Assembly (NCBI RefSeq): GCF_002803295.2
Contig: NZ_PGGB02000016.1
Location: 1 to 16,844, forward strand
Origin: Caedibacter taeniospiralis
GTDB lineage: Bacteria; Pseudomonadota; Gammaproteobacteria; Francisellales; Francisellaceae
Length of the DNA stretch: 16,844 bases
Direction of reading: 5' to 3'
Within the stretch, counting starts at the first letter, position 1. The number at the start of each line of letters is the position of its first letter. The notes beneath the pieces are model-generated. The model worked only from the letters and a program-made list of their open reading frames with translations, had not been told where the DNA came from and did no database searches. Of the stretch, positions 1 through 9,369 are shown one piece after another. A program made the position numbers and the translations under genes.

Positions 1-167
1 GCTGAGAATGTTCGGTACAGGTGCCCAGGTAGTGGGTTTTTGAAGATGTTTAAAGGATATAAGATGTAGATACTTGAATACTTTGAGCGAAGAATATTGC
101 GGATTGTAGTCACTGTGTTAGTTTTGAATTTTAAATGTTTAATTGTGTGTTGAGTTATTTTAAATTT

Positions 168-195
168 AACATTCATAATTAAACATTCAAAATTG
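168..195 (+). other. 5' half of the 16S processing (RNase III-type) stem
   Basis: aacattcataattaaacattcaaaattg matches the reverse complement of 1871-1898 (tgatgttgaatttttaatgttgaatgtt) at 22 of 28 positions. The two segments bracket the 16S gene. Confidence 0.45.
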
Positions 196-222
196 ATATA
201 AGTGGTTATGATCTAAGGATTT

Positions 223-1858
<1,636 letters not shown>

Positions 1859-1870
1859 AAGGTACGAGTA

Positions 1871-1898
1871 TGATGTTGAATTTTTAATGTTGAATGTT
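1871..1898 (+). other. 3' half of the 16S processing stem
   Basis: Complementary to 168-195 and lies immediately downstream of the 16S 3' end. Confidence 0.45.
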
Positions 1899-1975
1899 GA
1901 ATTTTTGATGTTTGAAGTACGAAAGAAATTAAGAAAGAGCGAGAAGTATTTGAGTGTTTACAAATGATGTTTTTT

Positions 1976-2088
1976 CTAGAGACTAGAAACTAGAGACTAG
2001 AAACTAGAAACTAGAAACTAGAGACTAGAGACTAGAGACTAGAAACTAGAATACTTCTAGAAACTAGTCTCTAGTCTCTAGTATCTAG
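1976..2088 (+). repeat. Core-less heptamer array/hairpin in the 16S-tRNA-Ile spacer
   Basis: 11 consecutive forward units (ctagaga/ctagaaa/ctagaat, 1976-2052) are followed by acttctag aaactag tctctag tctctag tatctag (2053-2088). The distal part folds back around the palindrome ctagaa-tac-ttctag. Confidence 0.9.
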
Positions 2089-2089
2089 T

Positions 2090-2166
<77 letters not shown>

Positions 2167-2308
2167 TCTAGAGACTAGTGTCAAGAGACTAGAAACTAGG
2201 GATTGAATCTTGCTGTGCGAGATGATTTTTTAAATGAATCATCGCGAAGCGATTCGAGTCTGGTTTCTAGTTTCTAGAGTAAGCGCAGCGAGCGTTCTAG
2301 TATCTAGA
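2167..2308 (+). repeat. Heptamer-armed element with conserved core, spacer copy A
   Basis: Left arm tctagagactag..gagactagaaactag (2167-2199). Core 2200-2263. Right arm tttctagtttctag...ttctagtatctagag (2264-2308). Identical by eye to 2385-2526. Confidence 0.9.
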
Positions 2309-2384
2309 GGGGCCATAGCTCAGCTGGGAGAGCGCCTGCTTTGCACGCAGGAGGTCAGGAGTTCGATCCTCCTTGGCTCCACCA
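2309..2384 (+). tRNA. tRNA-Ala (anticodon TGC), CCA encoded
   Basis: Acceptor ggggcca/tggctcc with the G3:U70 identity pair. Anticodon arm cctgc-ttTGCac-gcagg. T-arm ggagttcgatcctcc. Confidence 0.96.
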
Positions 2385-2526
2385 TCTAGAGACTAGTGTC
2401 AAGAGACTAGAAACTAGGGATTGAATCTTGCTGTGCGAGATGATTTTTTAAATGAATCATCGCGAAGCGATTCGAGTCTGGTTTCTAGTTTCTAGAGTAA
2501 GCGCAGCGAGCGTTCTAGTATCTAGA
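2385..2526 (+). repeat. Heptamer-armed element with conserved core, spacer copy B (direct duplicate of 2167-2308)
   Basis: The same 142-nt string follows the CCA of tRNA-Ala, offset 218 nt from copy A. Confidence 0.9.
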
Positions 2527-2531
2527 GCCGA

Positions 2532-2543
2532 GATCTTTAACAA
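2532..2543 (+). promoter_or_regulatory. boxA-like antitermination element upstream of 23S
   Basis: gatctttaacaa versus the rrn boxA consensus gctctttaacaa, at the usual position in the spacer just 5' of 23S. Confidence 0.6.
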
Positions 2544-2566
2544 TTTATTATAGAGTAATGACCAAG
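2535..2566 (+). other. 5' half of the 23S processing stem
   Basis: ctttaacaatttattatagagtaatgaccaag pairs over all 32 nt with 6617-6648: 28 Watson-Crick pairs and 4 G-U pairs. Confidence 0.8.
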
Positions 2567-2726
2567 AGAATAAGCGCAAACGGCGGATGCCTTGGCAGTC
2601 AGAGGCGAGGAAAGACGTGATAGCCTGCGAAAAGCTTCGGGGAGCTGGCAAATAAGCATTGATCCGAAGATATCTGAATGGGGGAACCCACCTCACTCAT
2701 AAAGTGCTCAGCACTTTATTCATTTC

Positions 2727-2759
2727 GAGAAACTAGAGATTGGAAACTAGAAACTAGAG
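2727..2759 (+). repeat. Orphan one-armed heptamer tract inside an expanded 23S helix 9 region (expansion ~2691-2769)
   Basis: gagaaactagagattggaaactagaaactagag has no complementary arm nearby. It sits between cctcactc (2691-2698) and gagtgag (2757-2763). About 95 nt are extra relative to E. coli here. Confidence 0.7.
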
Positions 2760-2834
2760 TGAGTAGAGGGTGTAATTTGTGCATGAATGAGTATTTTAAG
2801 AGTGGGGTATCACTGACGTAAGTTAAGTGAGGCG

Positions 2835-2865
<31 letters not shown>

Positions 2866-3197
2866 TAGGAAAAGAAATCAACCGAGATTCCCTAAGTAGC
2901 GGCGAGCGAAGGGGGAAGAGCCTGGTATACTTTAGCATGTGAGTTAGTCGAACATTCTGGGAAGGATGACCATAGCAGGTGATAGTCCTGTAGACGAAAG
3001 CTTGGATGTGGAACTAGGTATACGAATAAGTAGGGCGGGACACGAGAAATCCTGTTTGAAGAAGGGGGGACCATCCTCCAAGGCTAAATACTACTGACTG
3101 ACCGATAGTGAACCAGTACCGTGAGGGAAAGGCGAAAAGAACCCCGATGAGGGGAGTGAAATAGAACCTGAAACCGTTTGCGTACAAGCAGTCAGAG

Positions 3198-3342
3198 CTA
3201 GAAACTAGAGACTAGAAACTAGAGACTAGAGATTAGGGGTTGAAGCGCTTCGCGATGATTAATTTACAAAAATAAATCATCTTGCAAAGCAAGATACGAC
3301 TCCTGGTTTCTAGTCTCTAGTTTCTAGTTTCTAGGAGACTAG
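3198..3342 (+). other. 23S intervening sequence at helix 25 (E. coli ~545): heptamer arms plus conserved core
   Basis: Insert lies between gcagtcagag and tgatggcgtaccttttgtataatggg. Left arm is ctagaaa ctagaga ctagaaa ctagaga ctagaga. The core starts ttaggggttgaagcgcttcgcgatgatt. Right arm is tttctag tctctag tttctag tttctag. Confidence 0.88.
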
Positions 3343-3762
3343 TGATGGCGTACCTTTTGTATAATGGGTCAGCGAGTTACTTTTAGTGGCGAGGATAACT
3401 GAATAAGGGATCCGTAGCGAAAGCGAGTTTTAATAGAGCGGACAGTCGCTAGGAGTAGACCCGAAACCGACGCGATCTATCCATGACCAGGTTGAAGGTT
3501 GGGTAACACCAACTGGAGGACCGAACCCGGTAATGTTGCAAAATTATGGGATGAGTTGTGGATCGGAGTGAAAGGCTAATCAAGCGCGGAGATAGCTGGT
3601 TCTCCCCGAAAACTATTTAGGTAGTGCCTTGTGAATGACTCGTTGGGGTAAAGCACTGTTTCGACTAGGGGGATTTTGCGATCTTACCGACTCGATGCAA
3701 ACTTAGAATACGACGAAGTTGAATCACGGGAGACACACGGCGGGTGCTAAGGTCCGTCGTGG

Positions 3763-3800
<38 letters not shown>

Positions 3801-3835
3801 GTTATCGCTAAGTGGGAAACGATGTGGGAAGGCAT

Positions 3836-3899
<64 letters not shown>

Positions 3900-3954
3900 G
3901 AGTCGGCCTGCGCGAAAGATTTAACGGGGCTAAGCGATACACCGAAGCTGCGGG

Positions 3955-4389
3955 ACTAGAGACTAGAGACTAGAAACTGGAGACTAGAGGAGATAAGATG
4001 CCGTATCACAATTTATCAGTATATCAGAAGGCATATCAGTTAGCGCTGGAGCTACACGTGGAGAGTATGAAGTGGCCGCGGATAGAACAGTGTGAGATTG
4101 GGAGTCAATTAAGGCGAGCGAGCAAATCCATATGTGCGAACATAGCGGAAGGGATGGGCAAGCAAGCGAGTGAAAAGGAAGTAAGAAGGTTTGTTCAGAT
4201 AGCGATAGGCTCTTGCGATGAATGCCGGGTGTGGCTGGATTTTGCAAGGGACTTAGGGTATATCGATCAGGAGAGTCATAGGGGCTACGATGAGAGGTAT
4301 TGCGAAGTTGGGCGAATGTTAAGAGGTATACAGAGAAGATATAGCTGATGTCTATTCTAGTATCTAGTTTCTAGTATCTAGTTTCTAGT
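3955..4389 (+). other. 23S intervening sequence at helix 45 (E. coli ~1170) carrying an ORF
   Basis: Insert lies between caccgaagctgcgg and ggtaggggagcgttctgtaagc. Left arm is actagag actagag actagaa actggag actagag. Right arm is ttctag tatctag tttctag tatctag tttctag. Confidence 0.9.
3998..4348 (+). CDS. Four-helix-bundle protein of the '23S rRNA intervening sequence protein' family (misnamed S23 ribosomal protein; Avd-like fold)
   Basis: Intact 116-aa ORF with SD gaggag 5 nt upstream of the ATG. Motifs Y..A..L......K.P....IG.QL.R.A.SI.ANIAEG and E....L....GYI are typical of this family. Its position in the helix 45 IVS matches known Leptospira/Coxiella cases. Confidence 0.85.
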   Translation: MPYHNLSVYQKAYQLALELHVESMKWPRIEQCEIGSQLRRASKSICANIAEGMGKQASEKEVRRFVQIAIGSCDECRVWLDFARDLGYIDQESHRGYDERYCEVGRMLRGIQRRYS

Positions 4390-4942
4390 CGGTAGGGGAG
4401 CGTTCTGTAAGCTTATGAAGGTGCATTGAGAAGTGTGCTGGAGGTATCAGAAGTGCGAATGCTGACATGAGTAACGATAAATAAGTGAGATTCTTATTGG
4501 CCGAAAACCCAAGGTTTCCTACGCAATGTTAATCAACGTAGGGTAAGTCGGCGCCTAAGGCGAATCCGAAGGGAGTAGTCGATGGGAAACAGGTTAATAT
4601 TCCTGTACCGATGGTAGTTGCGATGGAGAGACGGAGAAAGCTAGGTCTGCCTGGCGGATGGTAGTCCAGGTGAAAGCGTGTAGGTAGTGCACTTAGGCAA
4701 ATCCGGGTGTATGATGATCTGAGGCGTGAGAGGGAACAGGGCTCTACGGGGTTCTGCCAAGAGATTGATGCTCGGCTTCCAGGAAAAGCTTCTAAGCATA
4801 AATTACCATTGACCGTACTGTAAACCGACACTGGTGGGTGGGTAGAGAATACCAAGGCGATGAGAGAACCCAGGTGAAGGAACTAGGCAAAATGACACCG
4901 TAACTTCGGGAGAAGGTGTGCCTCATTAGGGTGAAGGACTTG

Positions 4943-5042
4943 CCTGACCACTAAATTCTATGATGGATGAAAGCTGTTGAGAGTTGTAGAGATAGACAAT
5001 TTGTTGATAGCCTGTTGTAGGACGTGGAATTTAGTGGTCAGG
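4943..5042 (+). other. Expansion hairpin in 23S helix 63 with no heptamers
   Basis: 16-nt perfect inverted repeat cctgaccactaaattc (4943-4958) / gaatttagtggtcagg (5027-5042). The segment is absent from the corresponding E. coli region. Confidence 0.7.
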
Positions 5043-5182
5043 TGAACGTCTGGAGCGTGAAGAGGTTGCAAATACCAGGTGGCTGCGACTGTTTACTAAA
5101 AACACAGCACTCTGCGAACTCGGAAGAGGAAGTATAGGGTGTGACGCCTGCCCGGTGCTGGAAGGTTAATTGAAGGGGTTAT

Positions 5183-5483
5183 CCTACCACTTAATTATTT
5201 TGGAGTTTGATATGTATTGTGTATACGTGATTTATTCGAAAGAATTAGATAGTTTTTACTTGTGGGTTATAGTGAAAACCTAAGGAAAAGGATTGATTCG
5301 CATAAGTCGGGTAGAAGTAGATATACAAGCCGAACGAGAGATTGGATTCTTGTCTACTACGAAGCTTACGCAAGTGAAAAGCTTGCTAGGTTAAGAGAAG
5401 CTAAATTAAAGCGAGCGAATCGAATGAGGAGTTTGTTGTATAAAGGCTTAAGAGAAGAAATATCAGAGTAATTAAGTGGTAGG
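5183..5483 (+). other. 23S insertion at the helix 68 tip (E. coli ~1870) bounded by a 15-bp stem and carrying a GIY-YIG ORF
   Basis: ggggttat | cctaccacttaatta ... taattaagtggtagg | agaagctctggatcgaagcccc. In E. coli the same hairpin is closed by gcgcaagc. The inverted repeats are 5183-5197 and 5469-5483. Confidence 0.85.
5212..5471 (+). pseudogene. Small GIY-YIG (URI-domain, YhbQ/COG2827-like) nuclease, frameshifted
   Basis: ATG at 5212 with ggag 6 nt upstream encodes MYCVYVIYSKELDSFY and stops at 5281. The rest (GYSENLRKRIDSHKSGRSRYTSRTRDWILVYYEAY...) is in another frame (5262-5471). One extra T in the T5 run at 5253-5257 would give a continuous 87-aa ORF. Confidence 0.8.
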
Positions 5484-5506
5484 AGAAGCTCTGGATCGAA
5501 GCCCCA

Positions 5507-5588
<82 letters not shown>

Positions 5589-6007
5589 CGATGGCCACAC
5601 TGTCTCCATCTGGGACTCAGTGAAATTGAAATCGCTGTGAAGATGCAGCGTACCCGCGGTTAGACGGAAAGACCCCGTGAACCTTTACTATAGCTTTGCA
5701 CTGGACTTTGAGAATATTTGTGTAGGATAGGTGGGAGACTAAGAGATTCGTACGCTAGTATGGAAGGAGTCGACGTTGAAATACCACCCTGATATTTTTG
5801 GAGTTCTAACTCAGACGAGAGTCGAGGACAGTGTATGGTGGGTAGTTTGACTGGGGCGGTCTCCTCCTAAAGAGTAACGGAGGAGTACGAAGGTGCACTC
5901 GGCGCGGTCGGAAATCGCGCCAAGAGTATAAAGGCAAAAGTGCGCTTAACTGAGAGAGTGACGGCTCGATCAGGTACGAAAGTAGGTCTTAGTGATCCGG
6001 TGGTTCT

Positions 6008-6063
<56 letters not shown>

Positions 6064-6089
6064 TCCTCCCAAGAGTTCATATCGACGGA

Positions 6090-6170
<81 letters not shown>

Positions 6171-6338
6171 TGGTACGCGAGCTGGGTTTAGAACGTCGTG
6201 AGACAGTTCGGTCCCTATCTGCCGTGGGCGTAGGAGATTTGAGAGGGTTTGTTCCTAGTACGAGAGGACCGGAATGAACGAACCGCTGGTGTTTGGGTTG
6301 TCTCGCCAGAGGCATAGCCCAGTAGCTACGTTCGGAAT

Positions 6339-6371
<33 letters not shown>

Positions 6372-6394
6372 AGCCTCAAGATGAGATCTCCCGT

Positions 6395-6526
6395 CTAGAG
6401 ACTAGAAACTAGAGACTAGAAACTAGGAGTTGAGTCTTGCTTTGCAAGATGGGTTGTTTTTTATAAATCAATTCATCGCGAAGCGATTCAAGCTCTAGTT
6501 TCTAGTCTCTAGTTTCTAGTCTCTAG
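6395..6526 (+). other. 23S intervening sequence at helix 98 (E. coli ~2795): heptamer arms plus conserved core
   Basis: Insert lies between gatgagatctcccgt and cttaagggttgttgaagactacgacgttgatagg. 6395-6426 is the exact reverse complement of 6495-6526 (32 bp). Confidence 0.9.
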
Positions 6527-6616
6527 CTTAAGGGTTGTTGAAGACTACGACGTTGATAGGCTGGCTGTAGAAGTGCAGTAATGTATGAAGCTAACCAGTA
6601 CTAATTGCCCGAGAGA

Positions 6617-6648
6617 CTTGGTTATTACTCTATGATAGATTGTTAGAG
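6617..6648 (+). other. 3' half of the 23S processing stem
   Basis: cttggttattactctatgatagattgttagag is complementary to 2535-2566. Confidence 0.8.
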
Positions 6649-6664
6649 CTTTCTGCTCGCAGGT

Positions 6665-6782
6665 TACCTGATGAAAATAGCGACTGTGAACCACCTGATT
6701 CCATTCCGAACTCAGAAGTGAAAACAGTTAGCGTCGATGATAGTGTGGCATTCGCCATGTGAAAGTAGAACATCATCAGGTA
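6665..6782 (+). rRNA. rrf: 5S ribosomal RNA
   Basis: Helix I tacctgatga/tcatcaggta. Conserved ccgaactcagaagtgaaa and gtagtgtgg-like blocks. Confidence 0.93.
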
Positions 6783-6791
6783 TTTTATTTG

Positions 6792-6816
6792 AAAGGCACC
6801 TCAGGGTGCCTTTTTT
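6792..6816 (+). terminator. Rho-independent terminator of the rrn operon
   Basis: ggcacc-tcag-ggtgcc hairpin (6795-6810) followed by tttttt. Confidence 0.8.
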
Positions 6817-7031
6817 CGTTTCTGTAACTTGAGAATTGTCTTTTGTTCTATGATCTCATCTGTGAATCTGGGACATACTCTTTGCATTATCGACTGAGGA
6901 TGTTGTAACATTGACCCTTAAGTTGCGTAATCGGTTTTTGCTTTCATTAGCTTCGGTTGCTAAATACTGAATCCTGAATCCTTTGCTACTCAATGTAGTA
7001 AGTAAAAGAACAACATAAAAGCGGAGTATTG

Positions 7032-7649
7032 ATGTCACCAGAGCATATCGCACTTATTCAACAATGGGGGTATTGGCTGATGTTTGGCGCAGCCATTATT
7101 GAGGGTGAAACTTTTTTGGTGTTGGGTGGTGTGGCTGCATCTGCTGGGATGCTTGATTTAGGGTGGATTATTTTACTGTCAATCATTGGATGTTTGCTTC
7201 ATGATAGTGTTTTATTTTATTTAGGGCGTTATATTGGCCCAAAAATACTAATACGCAAACCTAATTGGCAACCTATGGTTGATCGAATTAGTGTGATGAT
7301 TGATAAATATAATTTCTGGCTCATTCTTGGGTTTCGCTTTGCCTATGGTTTGAGAACAATTATTCCTTTTGCCTTGGGGATGAGTAAGATTTCTAATATG
7401 AAATTTTTCATTTTTGATACGTTTGGGGCAGTTGTCTGGGTGTTGGTTTTTCTGCTTGGTGGGTATTATTTTGGGAGTGTGCTTGAAATTGTCTTGCATA
7501 AGTTGGCACTCACACACTTAGCTAGAAAACACTGGGTTATTTCAATTATTGTTTTGTTTAGTATAATCTTTGCCATCAGTTTCTTGTTCGTGAGATTGTG
7601 GAAAAGACAAGCACGAAAGAGACAACTTAAGACCGAGCTGGAAGTGTAA
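7032..7649 (+). CDS. dedA: DedA/SNARE-associated family inner-membrane protein
   Basis: Multi-TM ORF with the family N-terminal pattern WGYWLMFGAAIIEGETFLVLGG...DSVLFYLGRYIG and F.YGLRT. ggag lies 5 nt before the ATG at 7032; a TTG at 7029 is also possible. Confidence 0.8.
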   Translation: MSPEHIALIQQWGYWLMFGAAIIEGETFLVLGGVAASAGMLDLGWIILLSIIGCLLHDSVLFYLGRYIGPKILIRKPNWQPMVDRISVMIDKYNFWLILGFRFAYGLRTIIPFALGMSKISNMKFFIFDTFGAVVWVLVFLLGGYYFGSVLEIVLHKLALTHLARKHWVISIIVLFSIIFAISFLFVRLWKRQARKRQLKTELEV

Positions 7650-7650
7650 C

Positions 7651-7959
7651 ATGTCGGATATTCAAATCCATTTGGATTCTAAACAAGTCGGATTGGAGAA
7701 GTATTTACCGTTTGTCAAACAAGGTGCTTTAATGACGAGCATTGATCAGCCATTAAAGTTTGGTGAGGAGCACAGGCTAACGGTTAAATTGCCAGAGTTA
7801 AAGCAGGAGATTTCCTGTGATGTGCGTGTTGTCTGGATAAGCGGTGATGGTCATCAGGAAAAGAAAAAATATGGGCTTCAGTTTTTGGGCGATGAAGGGT
7901 TTGAACTAAATCAGGTATTAGAAAATTATCTGGTTGGGTTGCTAAAACATAATGAATAG
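7651..7959 (+). CDS. pilZ: PilZ-domain protein (type IV pilus assembly PilZ-like)
   Basis: 102 aa, start coupled to the dedA stop (taacatg). Resembles Pseudomonas PilZ: YLPFVKQGAL (YMPFI..GGLF), VRVVWIS, YGLQF, LENYLVG. Confidence 0.65.
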   Translation: MSDIQIHLDSKQVGLEKYLPFVKQGALMTSIDQPLKFGEEHRLTVKLPELKQEISCDVRVVWISGDGHQEKKKYGLQFLGDEGFELNQVLENYLVGLLKHNE

Positions 7960-7988
7960 CAGTCATTGCGGCAAGGGAATATAAAAAA

Positions 7989-9347
7989 ATGGCAAAAGCG
8001 AAAACAAATTATGTTTGTCAATCCTGTGGGGCGGTGTCACCAAAATGGCAGGGTCAGTGCTCTGATTGCCTCGAGTGGAATACTTTGATTGAAACCCAGC
8101 TCAATCTCATAAAGTCGCAAAGCACTAAGGTTGGTTATGCAGCGGTGGAGGCGAAAGTCCAAAGGCTCAATGAGGTTTCATTAGCTGAATATCCCCGCAT
8201 TCACTCTCCTTTTGATGAATTTGATCGAGTGATGGGAGGCGGTATTGTGCCAGGTTCCGTCACTCTTATCGGTGGAGATCCAGGGATAGGTAAGTCTTCA
8301 ATTTTATTGCAGATTATGACGGTTCTATCTTTAAAATACAGTGCGCTTTACATTACAGGCGAGGAATCACTAGAGCAGGTGGCATTAAGGGCCAGGCGAA
8401 TGCAGTTGCCAAATGAACATCTTTTACTAATGAGTGAAACCAATGTTGGCGCAATATGCAGGTATATTGAAACCCATCGCCCGCAACTTGTCGTGGTTGA
8501 CTCCATTCAAACGATGCAAATCGAAGATTTACAATCTGCGCCAGGCGGTGTGGCACAAGTTAGAGAATCTGCAAGTTTATTGACGCAAACAGCAAAGCAT
8601 TTAAACTGTGCAGTATTTCTAGTAGGACATGTCACTAAATCTGGTGAAGTGGCAGGACCTCGCGTCCTTGAACATATTGTTGATAGTGTGGTCTTTATCG
8701 AAGGACAGACCGATGGGCGCTATCGGATGGTCAGAGCAATGAAAAATCGCTTTGGAGCGGTGAATGAGCTGGGTGTGTTTGCGATGACGGATAAGGGCAT
8801 GCGTGAAATAAAAAACCCTTCTGCTATTTTTTTGAATCGCGCCGAAGATGATATTTCTGGGAGTGTGATCATTGCTATATGGGAGGGTACAAGACCCATT
8901 CTTGTGGAAGTTCAGGCGTTAGTCAGTGAAAATGGATATGGTCAGCCCAGACGTTTGGCACTTGGTTTGGATCCAAATCGTGTGTCTATGCTTTTAGCAA
9001 TTATGCAGCGTCATTTAAGTGTGCAACTTGGAAATTATGATGTTTTTATCAACATCGTAGGCGGGATTAAGGTCAATGAAACCAGCATTGATTTGGCTAT
9101 TATTGCAGTTATCCTGTCAAGTCTATATAACCGACCGATTGCAAAAGACTGGATTATTGTGGGTGAGGTTGGTTTATCTGGTGAAATTCGTCCAGTGCCT
9201 TACGGTCAAGAGCGATTGCTCGAGGCGCAAAAGCATGGCTTCAAACAGGCGATCGTGCCTTACAGTAATTTACCGAAAAAAGATATTGGGATGAAGGTTC
9301 ATGCGATTAAAAAGCTTAATGAATTAAAAGAAATGATTGCACATTAG
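7989..9347 (+). CDS. radA: DNA repair protein RadA/Sms
   Basis: N-terminal zinc finger YVCQSCG...CSDC, Walker A GGDPGIGKSS, the RadA motif KNRFG, and a Lon-protease-like C-terminal domain. 452 aa. Confidence 0.95.
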   Translation: MAKAKTNYVCQSCGAVSPKWQGQCSDCLEWNTLIETQLNLIKSQSTKVGYAAVEAKVQRLNEVSLAEYPRIHSPFDEFDRVMGGGIVPGSVTLIGGDPGIGKSSILLQIMTVLSLKYSALYITGEESLEQVALRARRMQLPNEHLLLMSETNVGAICRYIETHRPQLVVVDSIQTMQIEDLQSAPGGVAQVRESASLLTQTAKHLNCAVFLVGHVTKSGEVAGPRVLEHIVDSVVFIEGQTDGRYRMVRAMKNRFGAVNELGVFAMTDKGMREIKNPSAIFLNRAEDDISGSVIIAIWEGTRPILVEVQALVSENGYGQPRRLALGLDPNRVSMLLAIMQRHLSVQLGNYDVFINIVGGIKVNETSIDLAIIAVILSSLYNRPIAKDWIIVGEVGLSGEIRPVPYGQERLLEAQKHGFKQAIVPYSNLPKKDIGMKVHAIKKLNELKEMIAH

Positions 9348-9369
9348 TGCCATTAATTAGTGACTCCAG

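Noticed and set aside
1-222. rrn promoter or boxA in the 16S leader
   Set aside because: No convincing -35/-10 pair or boxA (gctctttaacaa-like) motif is visible in the 222 nt available. The promoters probably lie upstream of the window.
5183-5483. A group I intron with a GIY-YIG homing endonuclease, as in the Coxiella 23S introns
   Set aside because: The ORF occupies ~260 of the 301 nt, leaving no room for a ribozyme core. The insert is at a hairpin tip closed by a 15-bp stem. The usual intron sites around E. coli 1917/1951 (ggccgtaactataacggtcctaaggtagcgaaattccttgtcggg) are uninterrupted.
6856-7053. 65-aa - strand ORF between the 5S gene and dedA
   Set aside because: It overlaps the dedA start, has no recognisable motifs or RBS, and the region is better explained as the dedA promoter/leader.
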